A DNA stretch of 36,593 nt from Octopus bimaculoides (taxonomy: Eukaryota), in assembly GCF_001194135.2 (NCBI RefSeq), contig NC_068992.1, positions 59,179,803 through 59,216,395 on the forward strand, written 5' to 3'. The first letter of the stretch is position 1; each line of letters opens with the position of its first letter. Both the position numbers and the translations under genes were made by a program. The notes under the pieces were generated by a model. It did not search any database. It saw nothing but the letters and a program-made list of their open reading frames with translations, and was not told the origin of the DNA. Below are positions 9,715 through 20,735 of this stretch, piece after piece.

Positions 9715-9903
9715 CATATGCATATGTTTGTATGTCTGTGTTTGCCGATATTGGTGTGTTTACGTTCCCGTAACTTAGTCGTTGAGCAAAGTGCCGATAC
9801 ACTAGTTACTAGGTTTACAAAGAATAACTCCTAGGCTCGATTTTTTCAACTAAAGGCGATGCTACAGCATGGCCGCAGCCAAATGACTGAAACAAGTAAA
9901 AGA
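9475..9903 (+). mobile_element. SINE family B, full length with expanded internal (TA)n
   Basis: Head aggcgcaggcgtggctgtgttgtaa...gggttcagtcctactgcgtggcacctggagcaaatgtc, microsatellite at 9639-9742, and a 3' half ending aaaggcgatgctacagcatggccgcagccaaatgactgaaacaagtaaaag. Confidence 0.88.
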
Positions 9904-9932
9904 AAAAAATAATAAAAAATATATTTGTATAT

Positions 9933-9981
<49 letters not shown>

Positions 9982-10612
9982 CGAGCGTGTGTGTGTGTGC
10001 GTGCGCACAGAGTTGAGTTCAGTTTCGAGAAATCCAGGGTTTTCAGGAATGTGAAACCACCTCGGTAGCCATTATTGTTCCTACGTCTACTCTGATATGG
10101 AGCAGTAGCAACTCTCAGAGTCCAGGCTATGGGTTAATTAGGAAATCCGCCGGGAATGAGAGACCCCCCCCCAACTGTTGTCACAGCATCCTTCTAAGAG
10201 AAGAACAGAGGAGGACACTTTGATGTAAAATCTGCGGTTTCATGTGATAACACGAAGACTCAGAGAGTGGTACTCGTATAATACAATGATATATACAAAC
10301 GTCTCTTCATGGTGACCTCTTTTTCATTCCATCTACTGAAATCCTTTGGTGATATAAGAGCAGCGACCAGTTCAGACCTAACCACTTGGAAGTGAACAAT
10401 TGCAAATCTGCAGATAGGCGGCAGGAGTCTTATCCTAACATCGTGGTTGCATCTTCCAGTAACGGAAAGCAGTTCCAGTGGAGGGTTTTCAGTTACAGCT
10501 ATTGTTTATCGTCTTTGCTTCAAGCCATGCAGAACTGCTGTGGGAGTAAATAGTAGTCTGAGATACCTTCGACGGAAAGTCGGAAGTGTCAATGACAACG
10601 AGGAAGGACAAC

Positions 10613-11195
10613 TAGATGTCGAGATGAACGCAATGCTGCGTTGAGATAAACGCAATGCTGAAATCTTTGACAATGCAAGGTGTCGGGGCGCAATACGTCA
10701 AACTACTGAGGGATGCAAACGGTAAATGCACTCCTTATATAGTTCTGCTATTGCCACCAGTAAGGGTATCAAACAGGGAGATACCATCTCACCTGAAACT
10801 TTTCTATGCATATCTAGAAATAGTCCTCATAAATATTGACTGGACAGTTGGCGTGAACATCAATGGCGAGCTACTAACACATCTCCCATTCGCAGATGAC
10901 ATTGTACTCACTGCTGATGCCATAGAGCAGCTGTAGACCATGATTATAGAGATGGACAATTATGGCTGACCAGTAGACCTTAAAGCGAACCGCAGGAAAG
11001 CAAAATACATGCGGTCCGAAGACGTATCGCGAGGCCGAATAAAAGTGAGAAGCGATGAAATCGAGGAAGTAAAGGGCTATGACTCCATAGAGAACACAGT
11101 GACTATGTGCAGAGAGAGACACGCTGAAATCTCGAAGAAAACAAGGCCAGGATAGAAGGCGTTTATCTCAATAAAGGATGTACGCAAAGGTAAGC
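10613..11195 (+). pseudogene. Decayed RTE-clade non-LTR retrotransposon reverse-transcriptase fragment
   Basis: Frameshifted translation: VEMNAMLKSLTMQGVGAQYVKLL...KGIKQGDTISPETF...IDWTVGVNINGELLTHLPFADDIVL...KAKYM...EIEEVKGY...AEISKKTRPG*KAFISIKDV. The QGD and FADD motifs are present, with stops and a 22-bp internal tandem duplication (10621-10664). Confidence 0.88.
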
Positions 11196-11308
11196 TAGAT
11201 CTATAGGCAATTTCACTAGATCTATGGGCTGGTTCATTAGATCTACAAGTAGTTTTAGTAGATCTATAGTGAATATTACTAGATCTATAGGTTGTTTTAC
11301 TATTTATA
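11196..11308. repeat. 21-bp-period array with invariant palindrome TAGATCTA and variable 13-bp spacers
   Basis: TAGATCTA starts at 11196, 11217, 11238, 11259 and 11280. A degenerate sixth unit (tatttata) starts at 11301. Confidence 0.9.
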
Positions 11309-11999
11309 TTCAGACTTAATTCTGTCTCTCTGTCTGTTCTCTCCAGCACATACATACATACATACATACATACATACGCAAATCCTTAATTCATAAGGTT
11401 CAAATGGTCGCGATATCTGGGACTATAAATATCTGCAGGACCTTAAGATTTAAAGGATAATGAACAAAAGACGCTTTCTTTCACAAACCTGCTACCAAGT
11501 AAAAATTTATTCTAAAATTAAAAGGCGAGAGAGAACATACATACATATATACATACATGTTACCGGGATAATACAGAAGAAAGAAAACATATGTGTGCCC
11601 ATTAATATGGAGTTTGCAAATCGAGTATGCAAGATGCACTTTCGGTTTCATACTTATTGTAATAACAGGATACGTACCATCATACCTGAAGGGTTCTTGG
11701 GGACAGAGTCCAACTCCTTAAATCATTCGCAAGCAAATGATCACCATGTCTGATGTCTGGAACAATGAAAATTTGCAAGACCTTTAAATTTAAGGGATGA
11801 TGATCAAATCAAGTTGCTTTCCTTCACAACCTTGCTATCAAGCAGATGGCTGGTCAAAATGTTCTCTTAATTAAAAAAAGAAATAAAAGGAAATGTAAAG
11901 AAAATATAAATGCATGCATACAAACAAACAAACCTGAAATGATTTCAAAATTCAAGTTAGTTTTAACTGCCCCGGCCTCATTTGTTAATGGTTAATAAT

Positions 12000-12218
12000 C
12001 CTTTCTACTAAAGGTACAAGGCATGAAATTTTGCGGAAGAGGACTACTGGATTACATCGACCCTAGTGTTTCACTGGTACTAAATTTATCGACCCCGAAA
12101 GGATGAAAGGCAAAGTCGACCTCAGCAGAGCTTGACCCCAGAACATAAAGACGAACGAAATGCCACGAAGCACTCCGGCCGTCGTGCTAACGGTTCTACC
12201 AGCTCTCTGCCTTATCTC
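12000..12218 (-). mobile_element. SINE family A copy with 12-bp TSD
   Basis: Full family sequence in reverse. TSD atggttaataat at 11988-11999 and 12219-12230. Confidence 0.9.
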
Positions 12219-12241
12219 ATGGTTAATAATAGTGACATGTT

Positions 12242-12444
12242 AAGGTATCGAATCGTTAGCACACCGGGCGAACGCTTAGCGGCATTTCGTTCGTCTTACG
12301 TCCTGAGTTCAAATTCCGCCGAGATCGACTTTGCTTTTCATCCTTTCGGGGTCGAAAAATATGTATCAGTTGAGTACTGGGGTTGATGTAATTGATTCAC
12401 CACTTCCTCCCGATCTTGCTAGCCTTGTGTCAAAATTGGAAATC
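12242..12444 (+). mobile_element. SINE family A copy with 17-bp TSD
   Basis: gagttcaaattccgccgagatcgactttgcttttcatcctttcggggtcg core. TSD aataatagtgacatgtt at 12225-12241 and 12445-12461. Confidence 0.9.
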
Positions 12445-12826
12445 AATAATAGTGACATGTTTTAATGAGGACTTGGTAGAACGACTGCTGTTAATAGCTC
12501 GCACGCTTCAACAAAAATCGCCTTAATAGAAGCATTTTAAAAATTATTTTAAAGATCTTTTTCTGCACACTTATTGTTGCATAATGAATTTATTACAAAT
12601 TTGTATTAATATCTTGAATTTTTGTAAACTTTTACTAAAACAAAACAATATTTAATTTGTTTTTTGTTTGTTTGTTTGTTTTTTGTCAATTTTAATTGAA
12701 TCAATTTCCATTAATAAAGTTCGTTTAAATGTTTAAATACTCTTCCTCTAAAAATTATCTTTTCTCCATCGGTAGTAAAGCCGTCATATGGAGTGTATCT
12801 CAGTCTCCTCTGTTTTAATATACTAC

Positions 12827-13211
12827 TGTGGCACTCCGTGGGTTACGACAACGAGGAGAGTTCCAGTTGATCCGATCAGCGGAACAGCCTGCTCGTGAAA
12901 TTAACGTGCAAGTGGCTGAGCACTCCATAGACACGTGTACCCCTAACGTAGTTCTCGGGGAGATTCAGCGTGACACAGAATGTAACAAGACTGGCCCTTT
13001 GATATACAGGTACAACAGAAACAGGAAGAAAGAATGAGAGAAAGTTGGGGTGAAAGAGTACAGCAGGGTTCGCCACCACACCCTGCCGGAGCTTCGTGGA
13101 GCTTTAAGTGTTTTCGCTCAATAAACACTCACAACGCCCGGTCTGGGAATCGAAACCGCGATCCAAGGACCGCGAGTCTGCTGCCCTAACCACTGGACCA
13201 TTGCACCTCCA
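12827..13211 (-). mobile_element. tRNA-derived SINE family C, full length
   Basis: Sense head tggaggtgcaatggtccagtggttagggcagcagactcgcggtcc...ggtttcgattccc, and 3' end ttcacgagcaggctgttccgctgatcggatcaactggaac...ggagtgccaca. Probable TSD tgttttaatata / cgttttgatata (10/12). Possibly one of the described octopus OK/OR1/OR2 SINEs; I cannot assign which. Confidence 0.88.
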
Positions 13212-13345
13212 CGTTTTGATATAATTCAAAGACGAAGGGTTAGTAGGATCATTAGAGCTAAGGCAAAAGATGCGTTGCATCTTAAGTACACAGTCATGTC
13301 CGAACATGTTTAAAATCAATTTGAATTTAATATTTTTCTTACAAG

Positions 13346-13562
13346 AAGGCAAAGAATTGGCAGAATCCTTCGCACGTCGGACAAAATGCTTAGCGACATT
13401 TCGCCCGACTTAACGTTCTGAGTTCAAATTCCGCTGAGGTCGACTTTGTCTTTTCTCTTTTCGAGGTAGATAAAATAAGTACCAGTTGAGTACTGGGGTC
13501 TTTGTAAACAACTTACACCTCCTTCAAACTTTCTGGCCTTGTACCAAAATTCGAAACCAATA
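13346..13562 (+). mobile_element. SINE family A copy
   Basis: Head, gagttcaaattccgctgaggtcgactttg B box and core, and ggccttgtaccaaaattcgaaacc tail. Confidence 0.88.
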
Positions 13563-13575
13563 CTTTTCAAGCAAG

Positions 13576-13637
13576 AAGACGGAGAACCGGCAGAATCCTA
13601 AGCTTAGCGGCATTTCGCCCGACTTAACATTCTGAGT
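13576..13637 (+). mobile_element. SINE family A head fragment
   Basis: ggcagaatcct...gcttagcggcatttcgcccgacttaacattctgagt, nearly identical to the head of the preceding copy. Confidence 0.7.
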
Positions 13638-13669
13638 AACCCAGTTTCCACAGTGTTTAAGTGATTAAG

Positions 13670-13800
13670 ATCAGAATATTCCTCTCTGAACGAGGCGTCA
13701 ATCCATCGTAGGGCTACGCATTTACAGCTGCGTGGACTGCAGCAATGCATGGTGAGATGTTTTGCTCAAGATCTTGCGAGAAAAACTCTAACCACTAGGT
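13670..13800 (-). mobile_element. Diverged tRNA-derived SINE (family G; CORE/V-like)
   Basis: Reverse of gtggttagagt...cttgagcaaaaca...cagtccacgcagctgtaaat...ctacgatggattgacgcc. Shares blocks with 32385-32566. Confidence 0.55.
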
Positions 13801-14994
13801 TACTCACCTGAAAACTTTTATATATACTTATTACGTAATTCTCACCATGGGAAGGCCATGATGCTGTTGTGATGACAGAATCACACCAGAATTTAATTGG
13901 AAATTAAGAGAAAATATTTAGGATTTCCTAGTTTTTACACAGGTTGGTTAAATGGATCCATCGTTGAGGATGAACAGAGAGAATTACCACAATACAACAT
14001 GTATCACGTCCCTTTTTTTTTTTTTTTTTTTTTTTTTTGCTGCGTTTCGCTGGCTTGAAACATTAAAACAGACAAATCCATTAGTGTTCTCATAATGAAA
14101 GAAAGAACAAATACAATTAAATTTATTTCTGCAAGAATATCTTTTCTTCAGTGCTACTTAAAATCCATAAATCTTGAAGAGTCCGTCTCCAAAATTACGA
14201 AAACAAATTTTCAATGAAAATATGGAAGAAATTCGGTTTGTTATTTTTCTAGATTCAATCCATAACAATGATCCATGTGATGGATTTTAAAACAAAGAAA
14301 TGTCTTCTAAGAACGCTGTTAACCATTTAANNNNNNNNNNNNNNNNNNNNNNNNNNNNNNNNNNNNNNNNNNNNNNNNNNNNNNNNNNNNNNNNNNNNNN
14401 NNNNNNNNNNNNNNNNNNNNNNNNNNNNNNNNNNNNNNNNNNNNNNNNNNNNNNNNNNNNNNNNNNNNNNNNNNNNNNNNNNNNNNNNNNNNNNNNNNNN
14501 NNNNNNNNNNNNNNNNNNNNNNNNNNNNNNNNNNNNNNNNNNNNNNNNNNNNNNNNNNNNNNNNNNNNNNNNNNNNNNNNNNNNNNNNNNNNNNNNNNNN
14601 NNNNNNNNNNNNNNNNNNNNNNNNNNNNNNNNNNNNNNNNNNNNNNNNNNNNNNNNNNNNNNNNNNNNNNNNNNNNNNNNNNNNNNNNNNNNNNNNNNNN
14701 NNNNNNNNNNNNNNNNNNNNNNNNNNNNNNNNNNNNNNNNNNNNNNNNNNNNNNNNNNNNNNNNNNNNNNNNNNNNNNNNNNNNNNNNNNNNNNNNNNNN
14801 NNNNNNNNNNNNNNNNNNNNNNNNNNNNNNNNNNNNNNNNNNNNNNNNNNNNNNNNNNNNNNNNNNNNNNNNNNNNNNNNNNNNNNNNNNNNNNNNNNNN
14901 NNNNNNNNNNNNNNNNNNNNNNNNNNNNNNNNNNNNNNNNNNNNNNNNNNNNNNNNNNNNNNNNNNNNNNNNNNNNNNGTTGAAACAGGGATCA

Positions 14995-15065
14995 TAGCAG
15001 CAATTTCGGTGGAATTTGAATTCAGAACTTAAAGAGGGCGAAATGCTGCTAAGCATGTTGCTCCG
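14995..15065 (-). mobile_element. SINE family A fragment
   Basis: ggtggaatttgaattcagaacttaaagagggcgaaatgctgctaagcat. Confidence 0.7.
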
Positions 15066-15162
15066 CAATTCAGTTTTATTCGAAAACTTGTTTTAGACAT
15101 CAGTTTTAAACGTCGGACATAGCAAGTCAGCAAAAATATAGAGAATTTTAGAAATTTCAGTT

Positions 15163-15222
15163 TATTGTTGTTGTTGTTGTTGTTGCTGGTGTTGTTGCTG
15201 TTGTTGTTGTTGTTGGTGGTGG

Positions 15223-15274
<52 letters not shown>

Positions 15275-15293
15275 GCTGTTGTTGTTGTTGTTT
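15163..15293. repeat. (GTT)n microsatellite
   Basis: Directly visible. Confidence 0.95.
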
Positions 15294-15388
15294 TGCTCCC
15301 CGATTTCGTCATTTCGGAGTAAGAAACTTTTTTCATTTCTGAATGTTTTCAAATTTTCATTTTGTTAAAATTATTTTTAAACGCACGA

Positions 15389-15629
15389 GGTTAGGATTTT
15401 GTAGAGAAAAACAAGATTAGGATTGCAGTTAGGTTTGAGGTTTCGAACTGAGTTGAAGTTTAGGATTAGAGTTTAGGGATAGGATTAGAACTTGTGGTCA
15501 AAGGTTAGAGCTGTGTTTTAGGGTTAGATTTAAAGTTAGGATTGAAGTTTTGAGTAAGGGTTGAAGTTTATGGTTAGAGTATAGGGTTAGGATTAAAGCT
15601 TGGATTTAAGGTTAGAGTTATGTTTGAGG
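15389..15629 (+). repeat. Degenerate TTAGGG-like hexamer array
   Basis: Repeated ggttag/ttagga/ttagag/ttaggg variants, with perfect TTAGGG at 15473 and 15518. Strong G/T strand bias. Confidence 0.7.
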
Positions 15630-16679
15630 CGGGAGGAAGATTGAAAAAATTGAATTTGGGATTTGTTTTTTCAAGGTCATCATCGTTTACGTTTAAAACA
15701 TAGAAACCCGAAGATATAATTCAAACAAATCACTTTACATTTACGTTTATTCCCCAGGTTAATAGTGCAAGCAATGCTGGATATTTCGGCAAGTTTATTA
15801 TAGAAAACTACATTGAAGTTGATCGCAATTCAATATTCAGCAAGCCTTATTAACAGTAACCTTTGTACATCAGTGTTCTATCGATAAATTATCAGTAAAA
15901 GGGAAAATGTACACAAAGTTGTCGAAATCAATAAGCAAAATACCATATTGTTCCTGCCATAGGCACATACAGACGGATATGAAAACATTACAAACACAAG
16001 TGCCTACTCACTCAAGTTATATTCATCTCTCCCTCTCTCTCTCTCTCTCTCTCATGCAGACATGCATCATACACTTTTACTGATTAGATCTATGAACAAC
16101 CAACAGAAAAACATTTTGTTATCAAGCATAAACATGTACACACATTCTTACATGTACCTATTTATACAAACATATTCACACAAACGCCTGTCTGCCAATT
16201 TGCATTTTCATCTAAAAGGATTTCCTTTTGATGATATGCTGACGTGCTGCTGTTGAAAAATAAAAATGGATTCGTTTCTGCATCCTAAACAAAGGAAACA
16301 CTCCGACTATTACACTGAACAAGTTTGGCGTTTATAGTTTTCAAAGACAGAATATATAAATGATTATGACAATTTCAGTGGAATAATAATAATATACCTT
16401 ATCCTTTGTTATAGACTTTTGTTGTTAGGAGTTTCAAATTGACGCTTCTTCGTTATTCCGTTCATTTTTGTAAATCCTATATGCTAGCAAAGTTCCGCTG
16501 ATTATTCTTCAATGTCATATACAAAATTTAGTTTCCATAAATAATTTTGATCTCAAAAACAACTAATACTAAAGTTATCTAATTGCATATAAAACAGGGT
16601 GCAGCCGTCCATCTTGTGAATTTCTGAGAATTATCTTTGATATGTGGTTGCGCCAACTGTGTGGGTGTATGTGGGTTTA

Positions 16680-16728
16680 TGCATATATACATATATATAC
16701 ATATATGCACATATGTATACATATGCAC

Positions 16729-16785
<57 letters not shown>

Positions 16786-16860
16786 TGTATATATACATGT
16801 ATGTATATGTATGTACATACACACACATATATATATATGTATATGTGTATATATATACAT

Positions 16861-16905
<45 letters not shown>

Positions 16906-17082
16906 GGTACATATATACACATATATATATATATACCATGTACATATATACGTGTACATACATATATATACCATGTACATATATACATGTACATACATAT
17001 ATATACATACATGTATGCATATGTATATACATACATACACATATGCATATATATATATATATGTATGGACGTACGTACGTAT
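16680..17082. repeat. Compound (TA)n/(TACA)n microsatellite field
   Basis: Directly visible. Source of the YI-rich pseudo-ORFs. Confidence 0.95.
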
Positions 17083-17978
17083 AATTTCTATATGTATATT
17101 ATGGTTGTTCTATCCATCTTTCGCTTTCATATTTACCATTTTTATGCGTCTTTATTCGATTCCGCCCTCCTTTACTTTCTTCTGAAGCAGTTACTAATTA
17201 CGTAAGGTGATCTGGTTGTAGAAATCAAAGTCAGACGGTAACAAAATCAATAACTGAATTATCATATTATTGATAAATAACATCTCCAGTTTTTAAAAGA
17301 TATGTTGATTTTACCCGTTTTTTTTTTATTCCTTCTTTTCAGCTGAATAAACTTTCTTTGAATTCTTAAATCTTCATTCTCAAATTATCTTTTACAATTT
17401 CCAAGAATGTAGACAATGGAGATATAACTAGTTGATTCCTATTAAATAATTATAATTAACCTACCAATCACATTACCTGTACTTTTATCCGTTACTGAGG
17501 AAAGATAATTAATACAATACTTAATACACGATTATCTACTCCACAGAGCCGTAAAATAGGTACTACGGGTTCTCAAATAGAATAAGGTTACCAATTCTAG
17601 TCAGCAATTAAAATGACATGAAACACATTTCACTCGTGACATTGCTTAGGCTTCGAAAAATTATATAATAGACAAGACAGTGATTGTGATTTCTAGATCT
17701 GCTATGAATGACTAACTATCACGGGATCTGTTAGTAAGAAAGCATTTCAAAATCCCATTCAAAAATCAGCAAGTTAAATCATTTTTCAAGCGCAAGAAAA
17801 GAAGTTCCTGATTACAATATTCTCTTTTAATTATCTCATTTACAATTAAAATTCATTATCATTTTACGTTCATCGTTCATTTTCTCCACCTCAGTACCAA
17901 CCAAATTTTATTGTAAGCTTGTGAGCAGGGGATTCTAATTCTTTCTTCACTTGTAAGTTACTAACGATGTATACATAT

Positions 17979-18041
17979 GCATATGTGTTTATGTATGTAT
18001 GTATGTATGTATGTATGTATGTATGTATGTATGTATATATG

Positions 18042-18128
<87 letters not shown>
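17979..18128. repeat. (TATG)n-(TA)n-(TG)n compound microsatellite
   Basis: Directly visible. Confidence 0.95.
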
Positions 18129-18131
<3 letters not shown>

Positions 18132-18505
18132 AATCTTGTGTGCTGAGCTTTACAAATTGTAACAATAAGTATTATAAAAACAAATGTATAAACACAAAAA
18201 TTTAATCCAAATTTTCATCTTTATAGTCAAATCATCCACAATGATTTATCTATAAAATAAATAAGACTGCGAGATACAGCATCAGTCTCTAAATGAATAT
18301 TAGCGTAATGTTGACACTCAGCTGTGATAATTATGAGAAGAATAACAAACGTTTGAGCTGACAATTACTCACTGCCTGCCATAATAAGAAAAGAAAAAGG
18401 CAGATGATAAAGTGATAAATAGATTAACTAAGTGATTGATTAGCGTTTTGCTTGATTGGTCAATTCATAAAGACTAAGACTGAGTATGTATACAGATAGA
18501 TAGAT

Positions 18506-18543
<38 letters not shown>

Positions 18544-18594
18544 TGATAGACAGATAGATAAGAGAAATAGATAGATAGATTCTTTTGTTCTTTT

Positions 18595-19146
18595 TTTATT
18601 CTTTCACTGGTTTCAGCCAGAGGTTGGCGGCCATGCCAGAGCACCGCCTTTCAGTGTTTTCGAGTCCCCTTTCGGTATTTTTTTTTTTTTTGGCGAAGGA
18701 GCGAGTTGGACGAAGCTGTTTTCATTTTTGCCTCTTGCAGTGATGTGGCCTCATCTGAGATTTCAAACAGAAATTTATCCTGGTGTGTTTTGGATGTTTC
18801 CACATCTACACCTTGCAGATCTCGTAGGTTCTTTGGCAAAATGTTAAATAGTTCCCTGAAATACAAGTTGTTGCAATCCTGGGTTCTTATCTGAGATGAA
18901 GAAGATGGTATCTTTGGTATTATGCAGTGCCCCCAGTTCGGTAGTTGGTATAGCTTTTAATTCCAAAGTTGAAAGCTAGAACTTCCAGGGTCTTCCATAT
19001 GTATATCACTACATACCTTTCTCGCCTTCCTTCCAGAGAGTAGAGCTTCAGTTCTTGTAGATCCTCCCAGTAGCTCATCTGTTTCACCGAGTCAATCATC
19101 TTTGTGTAGTGGCGCTGGATTGCCTCAAGTTCCGTCACTAATTTAA
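18595..19146 (-). pseudogene. 5'-truncated CR1-type LINE 3' end (ORF2 C-terminus plus 3' UTR tail)
   Basis: Minus-strand frames: ELEAIQRHYTKMIDSVKQMSYWEDLQELKLYSLEGRRERYVVIYIWKTLE...LFNILPKNLRDLQGVDVETSKTHQDKFL...SSNSLL, typical of the CR1-group ORF2 C-terminus. Followed by the tail aaaggcggtgctctggcatggccgcc...ctgaaaccagtgaaagaat. Confidence 0.85.
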
Positions 19147-19147
19147 C

Positions 19148-19167
19148 AGATAGACAGACAGACAGAC

Positions 19168-19255
<88 letters not shown>

Positions 19256-19256
19256 T
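19148..19256. repeat. (GACA)n-(GATA)n microsatellite
   Basis: Directly visible. Confidence 0.95.
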
Positions 19257-19439
19257 AGAAAAATACAAATATATATAATCCTTTAAGCAGAATTTACACT
19301 AGTTGAAATGTGTTTGTGACATATTTCAACTGCTAAAAGGCAAATACACTACAGTTACCGTGGAGAATAAACCTTTCTTATGGTAAAAAGGTGTGAAAAC
19401 ACCGGTTTATTCAGTGTCGACAACTATTACGAATCACAG

Positions 19440-19781
19440 ACATCGATGCTTTGAGCTATTTTGTCTCTCATCCTATCTCAACCAGACTAAATTCTGCTCA
19501 TACCTAAAACTCTGCTTCGCGCTAACGCTTCGTTGTTTATTTCAACATAATAAGAAACTTGCCTGGAAACCATTTTCGCAGTAATGATGACGTCATATCT
19601 GCTGTTGATGACACTTTTGACCGACAGGATGAAATTTTCTTTGCCAATGGGATCCAAGTACTACAACACTGATGGAAGAAGTGTGTGGTCCCAAGGGGGC
19701 TATGTTGAAAAATAAATCTCCTCTTGCCACATTCGATGAGTATCTCGGTCAGCCAATGAACTTTTAACCGAAACTTGTGTA
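19440..19781 (+). mobile_element. Decayed mariner transposase C-terminus plus 3' TIR region
   Basis: GNHFRSNDDVISAVDDTFDRQDEIFFANGIQVLQH*WKKCV, then (after a frameshift) GYVEK*, followed by cagccaatgaactttt...ta. The mariner-type C-terminal motif is recognisable. Confidence 0.75.
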
Positions 19782-20006
19782 GTCCTCAAAGTATATCAAT
19801 GGCAAACGAAAAGTGTCCAGGAGCAATGGTCGAATTGGAATTGCTAAATCTAGACTTCTGCGTGTCATCAGTAGCAAACATTCATCAGCAACCGCATACT
19901 TAAACAAATTTAGCCTCCATTGTAGCTTTCTGCGGTATATCCACGTTCAGTAAGATATACAGAATGCTATTTTGATCTAATACTGCTTACGCCGATAATT
20001 ACGAAT

Positions 20007-20075
<69 letters not shown>

Positions 20076-20400
20076 GTGTGTGTGTGTAATTTTCGTATGA
20101 GGATTCTTAAGAATCGAGGCACATCAACACGTAGGACGCTAGTAATGGCTAGGTACGCTAAAATAGAGCTCACAGTGAAATAAGCAACGTTGAGCACTTC
20201 AAGTGTTGGCAGGATACTGTAGATATGCAAGTACCCAATGCAATACTTGGTGTATCGTAGATATAAAAAGTAAATACAAATGGCGTTTAAAATTTATGAC
20301 AGTTGTTTTTTAAATGCCATTTTTGTTTACTTCGTGTGTGTGTGCTTATGTACGTATGAATATGTATATTATTATTACTATTATTATTATTGTTATTATT

Positions 20401-20613
20401 AAGGCGGCGAGCTGGCAGAGTCGTTAGCACGGTGGACGAAATGCTTAGCAGTATTTCAATCATCGCTACGTTCTGAGTCCAAATTCCGCCGAGGTCGACT
20501 TTGCCTTTCATCTTTTCGGGGTCGGTAAATTAAGTACCAGTGAAAAAACTGGGATCGATGTAACCGACTAGTCTCCTTCCCCCAAATTTCATACTTTGTG
20601 TTTTCAATAGAAA
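20401..20613 (+). mobile_element. SINE family A copy within (ATT)n tracts
   Basis: Near-consensus aaggcggcgagctggcagagtcgttagcac...gtcgactttgcctttcatcttttcggggtcggtaaattaagtacc, with (ATT)n on both sides. Confidence 0.9.
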
Positions 20614-20619
20614 GGTTTA

Positions 20620-20623
<4 letters not shown>

Positions 20624-20660
<37 letters not shown>

Positions 20661-20735
20661 GTCGTCTTCATCAGTAGTAGTAGTAGTAGTAGTTGTTGTT
20701 GTAGTAGTAGTAGCAGCAGCAGCAGCTGCAGCAGT
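20624..20735. repeat. (ATT)n-(AGT)n-(AGC)n compound microsatellite
   Basis: Directly visible. Confidence 0.95.

Noticed and set aside
10040-10612. Upstream GC-richer segment as the endonuclease or 5' part of the RTE element
   Set aside because: It is plausible by position, but no diagnostic APE motif could be read, so it is left unassigned.
11196-11308. Repeat-spacer array as a CRISPR
   Set aside because: The context is eukaryotic, the 8-bp repeats and 13-bp spacers are far too short, and there is no leader or cas gene. Kept as a phased-motif finding instead.
12827-13211. SINE heads as functional tRNA genes
   Set aside because: They have A/B boxes but no complete cloverleaf and continue directly into SINE bodies.
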